Shown: one piece after another, positions 25,035 to 35,750 of the stretch
How the letters are laid out: each line of letters begins with the position of its first letter
Position numbering within the stretch: position 1 is the stretch's first letter
Assembly (NCBI GenBank): GCA_030390025.1
Contig: JASTWF010000347.1
Location: 248,001-312,000 of the forward strand
Source: Squalus acanthias
Lineage: Eukaryota
Reading direction: 5' to 3'
DNA length: 64,000 nt
The notes under the pieces: generated by a model
What the model was told of the DNA's origin: nothing
The model's database searches: none
The model's input: only the letters and a program-made list of their open reading frames with translations
Position numbers and translations under genes: made by a program

Positions 25035-25494
25035 CTGGGAGCTGAATATCCAAGGATATTCGATATTTAAGAAGGACAGGCGAAAAGGAGGTGAGGTGGC
25101 GTTGTTAGTAAAGGATGAAATCAGAGCAATAGTGAGAAAGGATATTGGCTCAGAAAATCAAGATGCAGAATCAGTCTGGGGGGAGCTAAGAAGCACCAAG
25201 GGGCAGAAAACATTGGTGGGAGTTGTCTATAGGCCTCCAAACAGTAGTGGTAATGTAGGGGATGGCATCAAACAGGAAATTAGAGATGCATGTAACAAGG
25301 GTACTACAGTAATCATGGATGACTTTAATCTACATACAGACTGGCCAAACCAAATTAGCAATAATACTGTGGAGGATGAATTCCTGGAGTGTGTACGAGA
25401 TGGTTTTTTAGGCCAGTACGTTGAGGAGCCAACTAGGGAACAGGCTATCCTAGACTGGGTATTGTGCAATGAGAAGGGGTTAATTAATAATCTT

Positions 25495-25626
25495 CTGACG
25501 AAAGGTCATCAACCCAAAACGTTAATTCTGTTTCTCTCTTCACAGATGCTGCCTGACCTGCTGAGTTTCTCCAGCATTTTCTGTTTTTATTTCAGATTTC
25601 CAGCATCTGCAATATTTTCTTTTGTT
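25495..25626 (+). mobile_element. Penelope-like terminal fragment with 15-bp TSD
   Basis: Flanked by ttaattaataatctt (25480-25494 and 25627-25641); homologous to 53620-53757; degenerate hammerhead core ctgacga...aaaacgtt. Confidence 0.75.
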
Positions 25627-27747
25627 TTAATTAATAATCTTGTTGTGCGGGGTCCTTTAGGGAAGAGTGACCATAACATGAAAGAATTCTTCATTAAGAT
25701 GGAAAGTGAAGTAGTCCAATCTCAGAGGGTGGTGAACCTGTGGAACTCATTGCCACAGAGGGCAGTGTACGCCAGCTCATTAAATATATTTAAGAGGGAA
25801 TTAGATATATTTCTACAGGCAAAAGGGGTTAAGGGGTACGGAGAGAAGGTGGGGACGGGATACTGAATTGGAGGATCAGCCATGATCTCATTAAATGGCG
25901 GAGCAGGCTCGAAGGGCCGGATGGCCTATTCCTGCTCCTATCTTCTATGTATCTATGTAATCCGAAACCAGGGTCCTAAATCTAAACAAAAGGAAACTAC
26001 GAAGGTATGAGGAGTGAGTTGGCTATGATAGGTTGGGGAGCTTCAATTAAAGGCATGACGGTGGATCGGCAATGGCTAACGTTTAAGGAACGAATGCATG
26101 AATTGCAACAGTTATACACTCCTTTCTGGCGCAAAAACACAAAAGGAAAAGCAGCCCAACCATGGCTAAGAAAAGAAGTTAAGGATAGTATTAGATCCAA
26201 AGAGGAGTCATATAAAGTTGCCAGAAAAAGTAGCAAGCCTGAGGATTAGGAGCAGTTTAGAATTCAGCAAAAAAGGACCAAGAATAAAAAAATAGTGCTG
26301 GAGAAATTAATGGGACTGAAAGCTGATAAATCCCCAGGGCCTGATAATCTGCATCCCAGAGTACTAAAAAAAGAGGTAGCCATGGAAATAGTGGATGCAT
26401 TGGTTGTCATCTTCCAAAATTCTATAGATTATGGAACAGTTCCTGCAGATTGGAGGGTGGCAAATGTAACCCCACTACTTAAAAAAGGGAGAGAGAGAAA
26501 ACAGGGAACTACAGACCGGTTAGCCTATCAGTAGCAGGGAAAATGCTAGAGTCTATTATAAAGGATGTGATAACAGGACACTTAGAAAATATCAACGGGA
26601 TTGGACAGAGTCAACATGGATTTATGAAAGGGAAATTGTGTTTGATAAACCTGCTGGAGTTTTTTGAGGATGTAACTGGTAGAATAGATAAGGGAGAACC
26701 AGTGGATGTGGTGTATTTGGATTTTCAGAAGGCCTTTGATAAAGTCCCACATAAGAGGTTAGTGTGCAAAATTAAAGCACATGAGATTGGGGGTAATATA
26801 CTGGCATGGATTGAAAATTGGTTAACAGACAGGAAACAGAGAGTAGGAATAAATGGGTCTTTTTCGGGGTGGCAGGTGGTGACTAGTGGGGTACCGCAGG
26901 GATCAGTGCTTGGGCCCCAGCTATTCACAATATATATCAATGATTTGGATGAGGGAACCAAATGTAATATTTCCAAGTTTGCTGACGACACGAAACTAGG
27001 TGGGATTGTGAGTTGTGAGGAGGATGCAAAGAGGCTTCAAGGCGATTTAGACAAGTTGAGCGAGTGGGCAAATACATGGCAGATGCAGTATAATGTGGAT
27101 AAATGTGAAGTTATCCACTTCGGTAGGAAAAACAGAAAGGCAGAGTATTATTTAAATAGTGATAGATTGAGAAATGTTGATGTACAAAGGGACCTGGGTG
27201 TCCTTGTACACCAGTTACTGAAAGCAAACATGCAGGTGCAGCAAGCAGTTAGGAAGGCAAATGGTATGTTGGCCTTCATTGCAAGAGGATTTGTGTACAG
27301 GAGCAAGGATATCTTACTAGTTATACAGGGCCTTGGTGAGACCACACCTGGAGTACTGTGTGCAGTTTTGGTCTCCTTACTTAAGAAAGGATATACTGGC
27401 CATAGAGGGAGTGCAGCGAAGGTTCACCAGATTGATTCCTGGAATGGCAGGACTGTCGTATGAGGAGAGATTGAGTCAACTAGGCCTGTATTCACTAGAG
27501 TTTAGAAGAATGAGAAACGTATAAAATTCTGACAGGGCTAGGCAGACTATATGCAGAGAGGATGTTTCCCCTGGCTGGGGGCTCTAGAACGAGGGGTCAC
27601 AGTCTCAGGATACGGGGTAGGACATTTCGGACTGAGATGAGGATAAATTTCTTCACTCAGAGGGTGGTGAACCTGTGGAATTCTCTACCACAGAACGCTG
27701 TGGAGGCCAAGTCACTGAATATATTTAAGAAGGAAATAGATAGATTT

Positions 27748-28060
27748 CACAGAATCACAGAATCCCCACAATGCAGATAGAGGCCATTTCGGCCCATCGA
27801 GCCTGCACCGACACATATCCCACCCTATCCCCGTAACCCCACATATTTAATCCCCCCTAACACTAAGGGTTAATTTATCATAGCCAAATCAACCTAACCC
27901 GCACATCTTTGGACTGTGGGAGGAAACCGGAGCACCCGGAGGAAACCCACGCAGACACGGGGAGAATGTGCAAACTCCACACAGACAGTCACCCGAGGCC
28001 GGATTCGAACCTGGGTCCCTGGCGCTGTGAAGCAACAGTGCTAACCACTATGCCACCGTG
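27748..28060 (-). mobile_element. HE1-type V-SINE, full length
   Basis: tRNA head (tggcatagtggttagc; ggttcgaatcc), V-domain (tggagtttgcacattctccccgtgtctgcgtgggtttcctccgggtgctccggtttcctcccacagtccaaag) and CR1-like tail. Confidence 0.9.
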
Positions 28061-28289
28061 TTTCTAGACACAAAAGGCATCAAGGGGTATGGGGAGAGAG
28101 TGAGAATATGGTATTGAGATAGAGGATCAGCCATGATCATATTGAATGGTGGAGCAGGCTCGAAGGGCCGAATGGCCTACTCCTGCTCCTATTTTTCTGT
28201 TTCTAAAAGTACTTCATTGGCTGTAAAGTGCTTTGAGATGCTCAGTGGTTGTGATAAGCGCTATATAAATCCAAGTCTTTCTTTCTTTA

Positions 28290-29620
28290 TGTTCCCCAGC
28301 CCAGCGGCAGTGAAGCTGATTTTAAGGCTCCAGCTGCTGCACAGGTTGGTTGAAAGGATCGACAGTAATGGCGGCTGCAATACCCGCAAGCCCCCGCGCT
28401 GCAGAAAGCGCTCCGGTAGCCGCGCATGCGCCCCATGGCCCCGCCCTCTCCTGCTCCACTGGCGCACGGCCCGATCGGTCCGCACCGCGCATGCTCAGGA
28501 CAGACACCCTGGGACCTGTCAATCATCCTCCCCTGCGCCTGCGCGCTGAGCCCCTGAGCCACAGGCTGGCACACGGGGCTCTTTGTAAAGTCGGTATTGG
28601 TTAATAGCTGCGATCAGTGAGGGAAAGTGAGTTTTCCCCGAGATCCGACTGAGATAAGAGGCGGGGAGAGAATAAAGGGAAACACAAACCTGAGAGTCCG
28701 CGGATCCGGGCCCCGAGCCGAGCTTCTTCATTTCAGAGTTTTTGCAGAGTCACCAAGGCTGTCTGTGAAACTGCAAGAAATTTGTCTTTAAATAATCTTC
28801 TGCAGTGAAGCTGCTGTCGCTCTGGCTCTTTGCCTGGCCCGCTGACTGTGGCCCCTCTCCCAGATTCCAGCCCCAGCTCTGTGCTGACTGAGCTGCTCAC
28901 CTGGGGACAGCGCGTCACAATCGGCCCCAGCGCACCTGAGCTGCTCACCAGGTCCCGCCCCCTTGCTGCACCGTCATTAGTTGGAGGACTCGCCACCCGC
29001 TCGGTCCTCCAGGCCCGCCCCGCTCTTCCTATTGGTCCGAGCTCCCGTCAATCACCCGGGCAGTGTGCGCTGAGCATGCGCGGACCTTGGCAGCAGCCGC
29101 TGACACATCAGGTGAGAGAGCTCAGGGAGCGGGTTAACCCCGGGGGGACTTACGCTCGATCGAACGAACGAACAATGCCAGTAGGACTGGCGTAAAACGG
29201 TTTTTTTTTTCTTGGTTTATTGGAATAAATGTTATCTGTAGCATTTAATTGGATTATGATGGTGCTATGTGTTTGTACACTGGTGTTGAAATGGTTTTTG
29301 TTTTATGTGGAGTTAACTTTGAGATTTATTATTTTAAATCTAAAAAGTTGTGTGGAATTGCTTAAGGGTATTTGTACTGTAAACATTATTGATTATTTGT
29401 AAAAGTAATCGCATTTATATTAATTATAAGGCTGTTTTTAAGGCTTTATTTTTTTACTGTGATGGATGAATGTAATGGATTTACTATGTAATGGATTTAC
29501 TATGTAATTGATGAGTTGTACAGGTATTATTGTATTTGAATAAAAATATTTTAAAAAAAATAAACCCCGGGGGGACGCGGGCTGCACACACCCCGAGTGC
29601 GGCCCCAGGCCCCACTATTA
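28290..29620. promoter_or_regulatory. CpG island, diverged ZNF-type promoter without an adjacent finger array
   Basis: High CpG content; GCGCATGCGC, CCAAT and GC-box motifs; interrupted by an insertion at 29150-29562. Confidence 0.55.
29150..29562 (+). mobile_element. 5'-truncated poly(A) retro-insertion of an unnamed element, 14-bp TSD
   Basis: TSD aaccccggggggac at 29136-29149 and 29563-29576; AATAAA plus A tail; near-identical to ~31695-32100. Confidence 0.85.
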
Positions 29621-29630
29621 AAACACTCAA

Positions 29631-30150
29631 AAATAACAACAGAAAACGCTGGAAAAACTCAGCAGGCCAGGCAGCATCCGTAGAGAGAGAAAGAGAGTTG
29701 ACGTTTCAGGTCGATGACCTTTCATCAGAACTGGGAAGAGCTGGAAATCAAATAGATTTAAGGCCAGGGTAAAGCTGGGAAAAGGGGGAGGGGATAAAGG
29801 AACAAAGGAGGAGATGAAGAGACATTAAGAGACATTAAGAGATATGCAAGGCTAGAGGTGGTGTTAATGTGACAGATTAAGGCTGAATGAAGTGTGAAAT
29901 CCACTGGCAGAATGAAGGACAGCTGCCAGCTTCTAGGAGGAAAAAAAAGGTGGGGGGGACAAATAAAAGGGTGGATAAAATAAAATATAAATGTGATTGG
30001 AGCTGAGGTTATGATCTAAAATTGTTGAACTCGATATTGAGTCCAGAGGGCTGTAGCGTGCCTAAACGAAAGATGAGGTGCTGTTCCTCGAGCTTACGCT
30101 GAGCTTCCGTGGAACAGTGTAATAGGCCGAGGACGGTGAGGTCAGAGTTA
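29631..30150 (-). mobile_element. Penelope-like element 3' end
   Basis: GIY-YIG C-terminal remnant (EAQRKLEEQHLIFRLGTLQPSGLNIEFNNF); TSD aaacactcaa at 29621-29630 and 30151-30160. Confidence 0.85.
29696..29732 (-). ncRNA. Minimal type I hammerhead ribozyme motif
   Basis: AGTT-CTGATGA-AAGGTC-ATC-GACCT-GAAAC-GTC-AACT: both core boxes, stem I AGTT/AACT, stem II AGGTC/GACCT and a GUC cleavage triplet. Confidence 0.7.
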
Positions 30151-30209
30151 AAACACTCAACATTATCCGCTTCACAAACACCCGGGGGAGGACAGAGAGA
30201 CAGACAGGC

Positions 30210-32110
30210 TTTGTGCTGTGTGAACGGGTGAGCTCCACACCCCGGCTGCTTGCGGGGAATGCCGGTGCGGAGGGCCTGGTGCAGAAGGCCCGGGGAGGAA
30301 AGGCTATGAGATTTTCAACTCGGCTTAACTTGGTGCTGTGTGAACGGGCTGCTCCACACCCCGGCTGCTCGCGGGGAATGCCGGTGCGGAGGGCCCGTTG
30401 CAGAAGGCCCAAGGTGGAAGACCCAGAGGAGAGTGGCCTGGGCGGGAGACCCAGCACGGAGAACCCCAGGCAGGGGGCCCAGGGCGGGGCGGCTGGTCGG
30501 CAGAGGTGGAGTCGGGAGATGCGGTTGGTGAGCATTGCTGCACTGGTTCTGAAAGTTACAGAATGGTTTCGGGCCTGAATGAGTTCCAGCGGCCCAGCAT
30601 CTGCTCTGTCTGGCGGCAGCTGTGAGGCTTTTTCTTGGTCATGGGACCGGTTTATGTGACGCCATATTGGTGAAGGAAAGACAAACTGTTTCCATCTGTA
30701 ATGTGGCGCGTGAGCGGTTACAAGATGGAAAATGTGAATGGTTAAAAGACGGAAAATAAAAGGAAAGTAAAAGACAAAGGAAAGTAATATCGGTAAGGAG
30801 TGATGAGTATTCTTTGATGGTTGGGTCCTGTGAACGATAACAGCAAGCAGAAGAAGATTTGATTGTTCAGTCTTTTTACGGGATTTCAGGAAGTGGATGG
30901 CTTCTTTTTCCGTGGAAGGGCTGAAGACTGTGGACAAGGACTATGACTTTACATGGTTCGACAACATCAAATGACATGAGTTAATGGATTGCCAATAGGA
31001 CTGGCGTAGAACTGGTATTTAATTGTTTTGTTGGGAAGGTTTCAGGTTTTCTGTTTGAAAGCAGTTTACTTGAAGCTTAATTGATTTTCTGATAAAGACT
31101 GTGGGAATTTGCACATGATGATGTATTGGTGATTATGTAGGAATTTACTTTGAGGTTATTGTTTAGTGTTGGTGTGTTTGAAAAGATAAAGTAAATTAAT
31201 ATTGGTAATTTATTGAACGAACGGGCGCTCGAGTGAACGGACGGATGAACGATTCGAACGAACGCATTCATGCATATTGGAACTTACACTCGATCGAACG
31301 AATGATCACTTGTGCAGTGATAGAACGAACGATTCGAGCGAACGCACGCAGGCGCGCACTTAGACAAATGCTACGCACGCACGCACGCATTCAGACATAC
31401 ATATTGGAACTTACACTCGATCAAACGAACGACCTCATGGGGTAGTGGTCGAACGAACGATTCGAGCGAACGCAAGCATGCACATTGGAACTTACACTCG
31501 AGCGAACGAATGATCACTTGTGCAGTGATAGAACGAACGATTCGAGCGAACGCAAGCATGCACATTGGAACTTACACTCGAGCGAACGAATGATCGCGTG
31601 GTGAACGATCAAACGAACGATTCGAGCGAACGCACGCAGGCGCGCACTTAGACAAATGATACGCACGCACGCACTCATACATACATATTGGAACTTACGC
31701 TCGATCGAACGAACGAACAATTGAATGAATGATCGAACGAACAATGCCAGTAGGACTGGCATAAAACAGGGTTTTTCTTGGGTTATTGGAATAAATGTTA
31801 TCTGTAGCATTTAATTGGATTATGATGGTGCTATGTGTTTGGACACTGGTGTTGAAATGGTTTTTGTTTTATGTGGAGTTAACTTTGAGATTTATTATTT
31901 TAAATCTAAAAAGTTGTGTGGTATTGTTTAAGGGTATTTGTACTGTAAACTTTATTGATTATTTGTAAAATTAATCATTGCATTTATATTAACTATAAGG
32001 CTGTTTTTAAGGCTTTATTTTTTACTGTGATGCATGAATGTAATAGATTTACTATGTAATTGATGAGTTGTATAAGTATTATTGTATTTGAATAAAAAGA
32101 TTTCTCCAGT
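30210..32110 (+). mobile_element. Long copy of the unnamed element: GC-rich duplicated head, CpG-rich tandem array, AT-rich tail with AATAAA
   Basis: 3' part shared with the TSD-flanked copies at 29150 and 58347; 5' boundary uncertain. Confidence 0.55.
31215..31745. repeat. Complex CpG-rich tandem array (attggaacttacactcga / gaacgaacgattcgagcgaacgca subunits, ~80-bp core)
   Basis: attggaactta recurs 5 times between 31277 and 31700. Confidence 0.9.
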
Positions 32111-32610
32111 CCCTTGTTCAGGGCCCGGGGCCAGGGGCGGCTGTGGGCCTTTATTCCCCTTATTGGACACAAGGCTCTTTGTCTCACAACACACTGGCTC
32201 AGGTTTTAATACAGACTTTTTAAATTCATGAATAAAGGCAGTTAAACCTCGTGGAACAAATATTTAATATTTGGGAGTAAAAATACTGTTATTTTTCCTC
32301 TGTGGAATTTGTTAGTTTCAGACAATAACAATGATTTGTATTTATATAACGTCTTTAATGTAGTAAAATGTCCCAACGCGCTTCACGGGAGCGTTATAAA
32401 ACAAAATTTGACACCGGGTACAAACCAAGCATATTCCCATAAGGAGGAAAGATGGGACGTCCAAAGCTCGAGCTCCCTGGATGACAAAGGATATAGAGGT
32501 TAGAATAAAACAGAAAAAGGAGGTTTACGACAAATGTCAGGTACAGAAAACAGTCAAAAACCAGGAGAATACAGAGAGTGGGGGGAAATTGAAAAAGGAT
32601 ATATGAAACA

Positions 32611-33070
32611 AAGACTTGCATTTATATAGCGCCTTTCACAACCACCGGACATCTCAAAGCTCTTTACAGCCAATGAAGTACTTTTGAAGTGTAGTCACTG
32701 TTGTAATGTGGGAAACACGGCAGCCAATTTGTGCTCAGCAAGCTCCCACAAACAGCAATATGATAATAACCAGATAATCTGTTTTTGTTATGTTGGTTGA
32801 GGGATAAATATTGGCCAGGACACCGGGGATAACTCCCCTACTCTTCTTCAAAATAGTGCCATGGGATCTTTTACATCCACCTGAGAGAGCAGACGGGGCC
32901 TCAATTTAAAGTCTCATCAGAAAGACGGCACCTCCAACAGTGCAGCACTCCCTCAGCACTGCACTGGAGTGTCAGCCTAGCTTTATGTGCTCAAGTCTCT
33001 GGAGTGGGACTAGAACCCACAACCTACTGACTCAGAGGCGAGTGTGCTACCCACTGAGCCACAGCTGACA
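32611..33070 (-). mobile_element. Full-length Deu-SINE (SacSINE1-like) inserted in a CR1 fragment spanning ~32420-33451
   Basis: Reverse complement of 19351-19806; CR1 ORF 33044..33454 resumes after it. Confidence 0.88.
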
Positions 33071-33451
33071 CAAGGGAGAGAATACGAGAAAAGGTTAGTG
33101 GGTAACGTAAAAGGGAACCCAAAAATCTTTTATAAACGTATCAAAAGTAAAAGGATAGTTAAAGGAATGGTGGGGCCAATTAGGGACCAAATAGGAGCTC
33201 ATCATACGGAGACAGAGGGCGTGGCTGAGGTACTGAATGAGTACTTAGCATCTGTCTTCACAAAAGAAGAGGATGAGGTTAATGTCGCAGTAGAGGAGGG
33301 GGGAGTAGAGAAATTGGTAAGGATAAAAATAGATAGAAAGGAGGTGCTAAATAGGTTGTCATCACTCAAAGTTAACAAGTCACCCGGTCCAGATGGGATG
33401 CATCCTAGATTGCAGAGGGAAGCTAGGGTGGAGATAGCAGAAGCTCTGACC

Positions 33452-35345
33452 TAGGGTTGCAAAGGGGTGGAAAGTTTCCGGTAAATTTCCGGAAATTTTC
33501 CACGGGAAGTTTAGCTTGGGAATTTTGCCCAAAAAAGCACATGCTAGCATAATATTGTTTTTTTTTGTCTTTTTTTTTCCACAGGTCCTCTCTTAAAATT
33601 ACTGACAGAGATGGAATCTTAATTATTAAGGAATTTCTTAATCAATATATGTTTATCTTCTTACTTGGCTTGTTTTAATAATTACAAGTTTTGTGTGTGA
33701 CTGTGAACAAATGTGTCCTGATTGGTTGGATGAGTGGATGAGCGATTAGCTCCCTCTATTGGTGATGTAGCGTCGTGCATGCACAGGTCATGCTTCCATC
33801 ACATGGAGCATCAGGAAAAATGTACTCACCCTGTTGCAATCGTGCTGATCAACCGCAGTTCGACACAGAGACGAATGCCCTTTATTTCTCTGCATTGAAC
33901 AATGCCACGTTTACCGTCGGATGTGTGGAAGCATTTTACCCCAGGCATTAAAGATGGAAAGACTGTGTACATGTGCAAACACTGTACAAAGCCATATGTA
34001 AAGAATGCCACAAAGATGCAGCAGCATTTATCCAAATGCAACAACTTCACTCAAAGCTCACAGCAGTCAGCCCAGAGTTCCTCTGCTTCCATTCAAGAAG
34101 ATGATGGTTCACATTCAGCATCAGGCTCCTTATCATCAGCAACTCCTGGCCCACTTGGAAGGTTCTTTGATACAATGGATAACCATAGCCAGAAGAATGC
34201 AGATGAGTGCCTTGCTCGAGCTGTATATGCGACAGGCTCACCTCTCATGCTCACAGCCAATGTGTACTGGAAGAGATTTTTCAATGTTATTCGCCCTGCA
34301 TACTGTCCTCCCACTAGACATGCTTTGTCTACATATTTGCTGGAGGCTGAGTATAACAAGAGTCCAAGGAAAGCTCAGAGAAACAACAGAGATGGCAGAC
34401 TGTGTTGCAGTTATCTCAGATGGGTTGTCAAATGTACGAGGGGAGGGCATCATAAACGACATCGTCTCCACTCCTCTCCCAGTGTTCTTCAAGAACACAG
34501 ACACGAAGGACAACAGACACACAGGCACATACATTGCTGATGAGCTGAAAGCGGTCATCAACGATCTTGGATCACAAAAGGTCTTTGCAGTAGTTACTGA
34601 CAATGCTGCGAATATGAAGGCTGCTTGGGCTCAAGTGGAGGAGGCCTACCCTCATATTACATCTATTGGGTGCGCAGCTCATGGGCTCAACCTGCTCCTC
34701 AAGGACATCATGGGTTTGAGAACCATGGAAACACTGTACAAGAGAGCCAAGCAAGTTGTTAAGTATGTCAGGGGAAAACAGGTAGTTGCAGCAACCGACA
34801 ACTCCAAGCAAACAACAAAGAACAAGAACACCACACTGAAGCTGCCCAGCAACACTAGATGGGGTGGCGTTGTCATAATGTACAACAGCCTTCTGGAGGG
34901 TAAGGAGTCGCTGCAAGAAATGGCGATATCCCAGTCTGGGGATATGGAAACCACCATCAAGAAAATACTGCTGGATGATGTGTTTTGGGAGAGAGTAGTT
35001 AGCAGCCTTAAGCTACTCTCACCAGTAGCATCTGCAATTGCTCAGATTGAAGGAGATGATGCTGTCTTGTCAGATGTTCTCAGGCTTTTTGCTGATTTAA
35101 AAGAACAAATCAGCATTGCCCTACCCACATCCCTGCTGCTCAAAGCAGAGGAGAAGGCAATTGTTCAATTCATACAGACGCGTCAAGAATTTTGTGTCAA
35201 GCCGATTCATGCTGCAGCATACATGCTGGACCCAAAGCATGTTGGGAGACCAATACTTTCTGGAGAACAGATCAACAGCGCTTACAGTGTGATTTCTACC
35301 CTCTCACACCACCTCAATCTGGACGTGGGCAAAGTTCTCTACCAA
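33452..35345 (+). mobile_element. hAT DNA transposon, 5' end with frameshifted, 3'-truncated transposase
   Basis: Terminus tagggttgca with subterminal tttccgg repeats; BED finger (VWKHF...CKHC...HLSKC) from ATG 33902; frameshift near 34358; ISDG, VTDNAANM, CAAH and TRWG motifs; no C-terminal dimerisation domain or 3' TIR. Confidence 0.9.
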
Positions 35346-35361
35346 GCAAGGTCTTTGGAAT

Positions 35362-35750
35362 GTCACATCGAAACATATAAAATTCTGACAGGTCTGGACA
35401 AACTAGATGCAGGAAGGATGTTCCCGATGGTTGGAGAGTCCAGAACCATGAGTCATAATCTAAGGATAAGGGGTAAACCATTTAGGACAGAAATGAGGAA
35501 GAATTTCTTCACCCAGAGAGTGGTGAACCTGTGGAATTCTCTACCACAGAAGGTAGTTGAGGCCAAGTCATTAAATAGATTCAAGAAGGAGTTAGATATA
35601 TTTCTTAAAGCTAAAGGTATCAAGGGATATGGGGAGAAAGCAGGGACAGGGTACTGAGTTTGGATGATCAGCCATGATCTCATTGAATGGCGGAGCAGGC
35701 TAGAGGGGCCGAATGGCCTACTCCTGCTCCTATCTTCTATGTTTCTATAT
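35362..35750 (+). mobile_element. CR1 3' end fused in frame to the hAT ORF
   Basis: [20 protein letters not shown]...GYGEKAGTGY ends ORF 34005..35657. Confidence 0.92.

Larger units (their letters stand above)
25035..28205 (+). mobile_element. CR1 ORF2 (endonuclease to 3' end) carrying three nested insertions
   Basis: GVVYRPPNS, GKSDHN and RT ORF 26543..27463; insertions at 25495-25626, ~25720-25958 (CR1 3' end) and 27748-28060. Confidence 0.93.

Noticed and set aside
30062..30937. 291-aa minus-strand ORF
   Set aside because: No recognisable domain; it crosses an element boundary into an off-frame Penelope fragment
34005..35657. 550-aa ORF as a novel gene
   Set aside because: Its N-terminus is the wrong frame of the hAT 5' region, its middle is truncated transposase and its end is CR1
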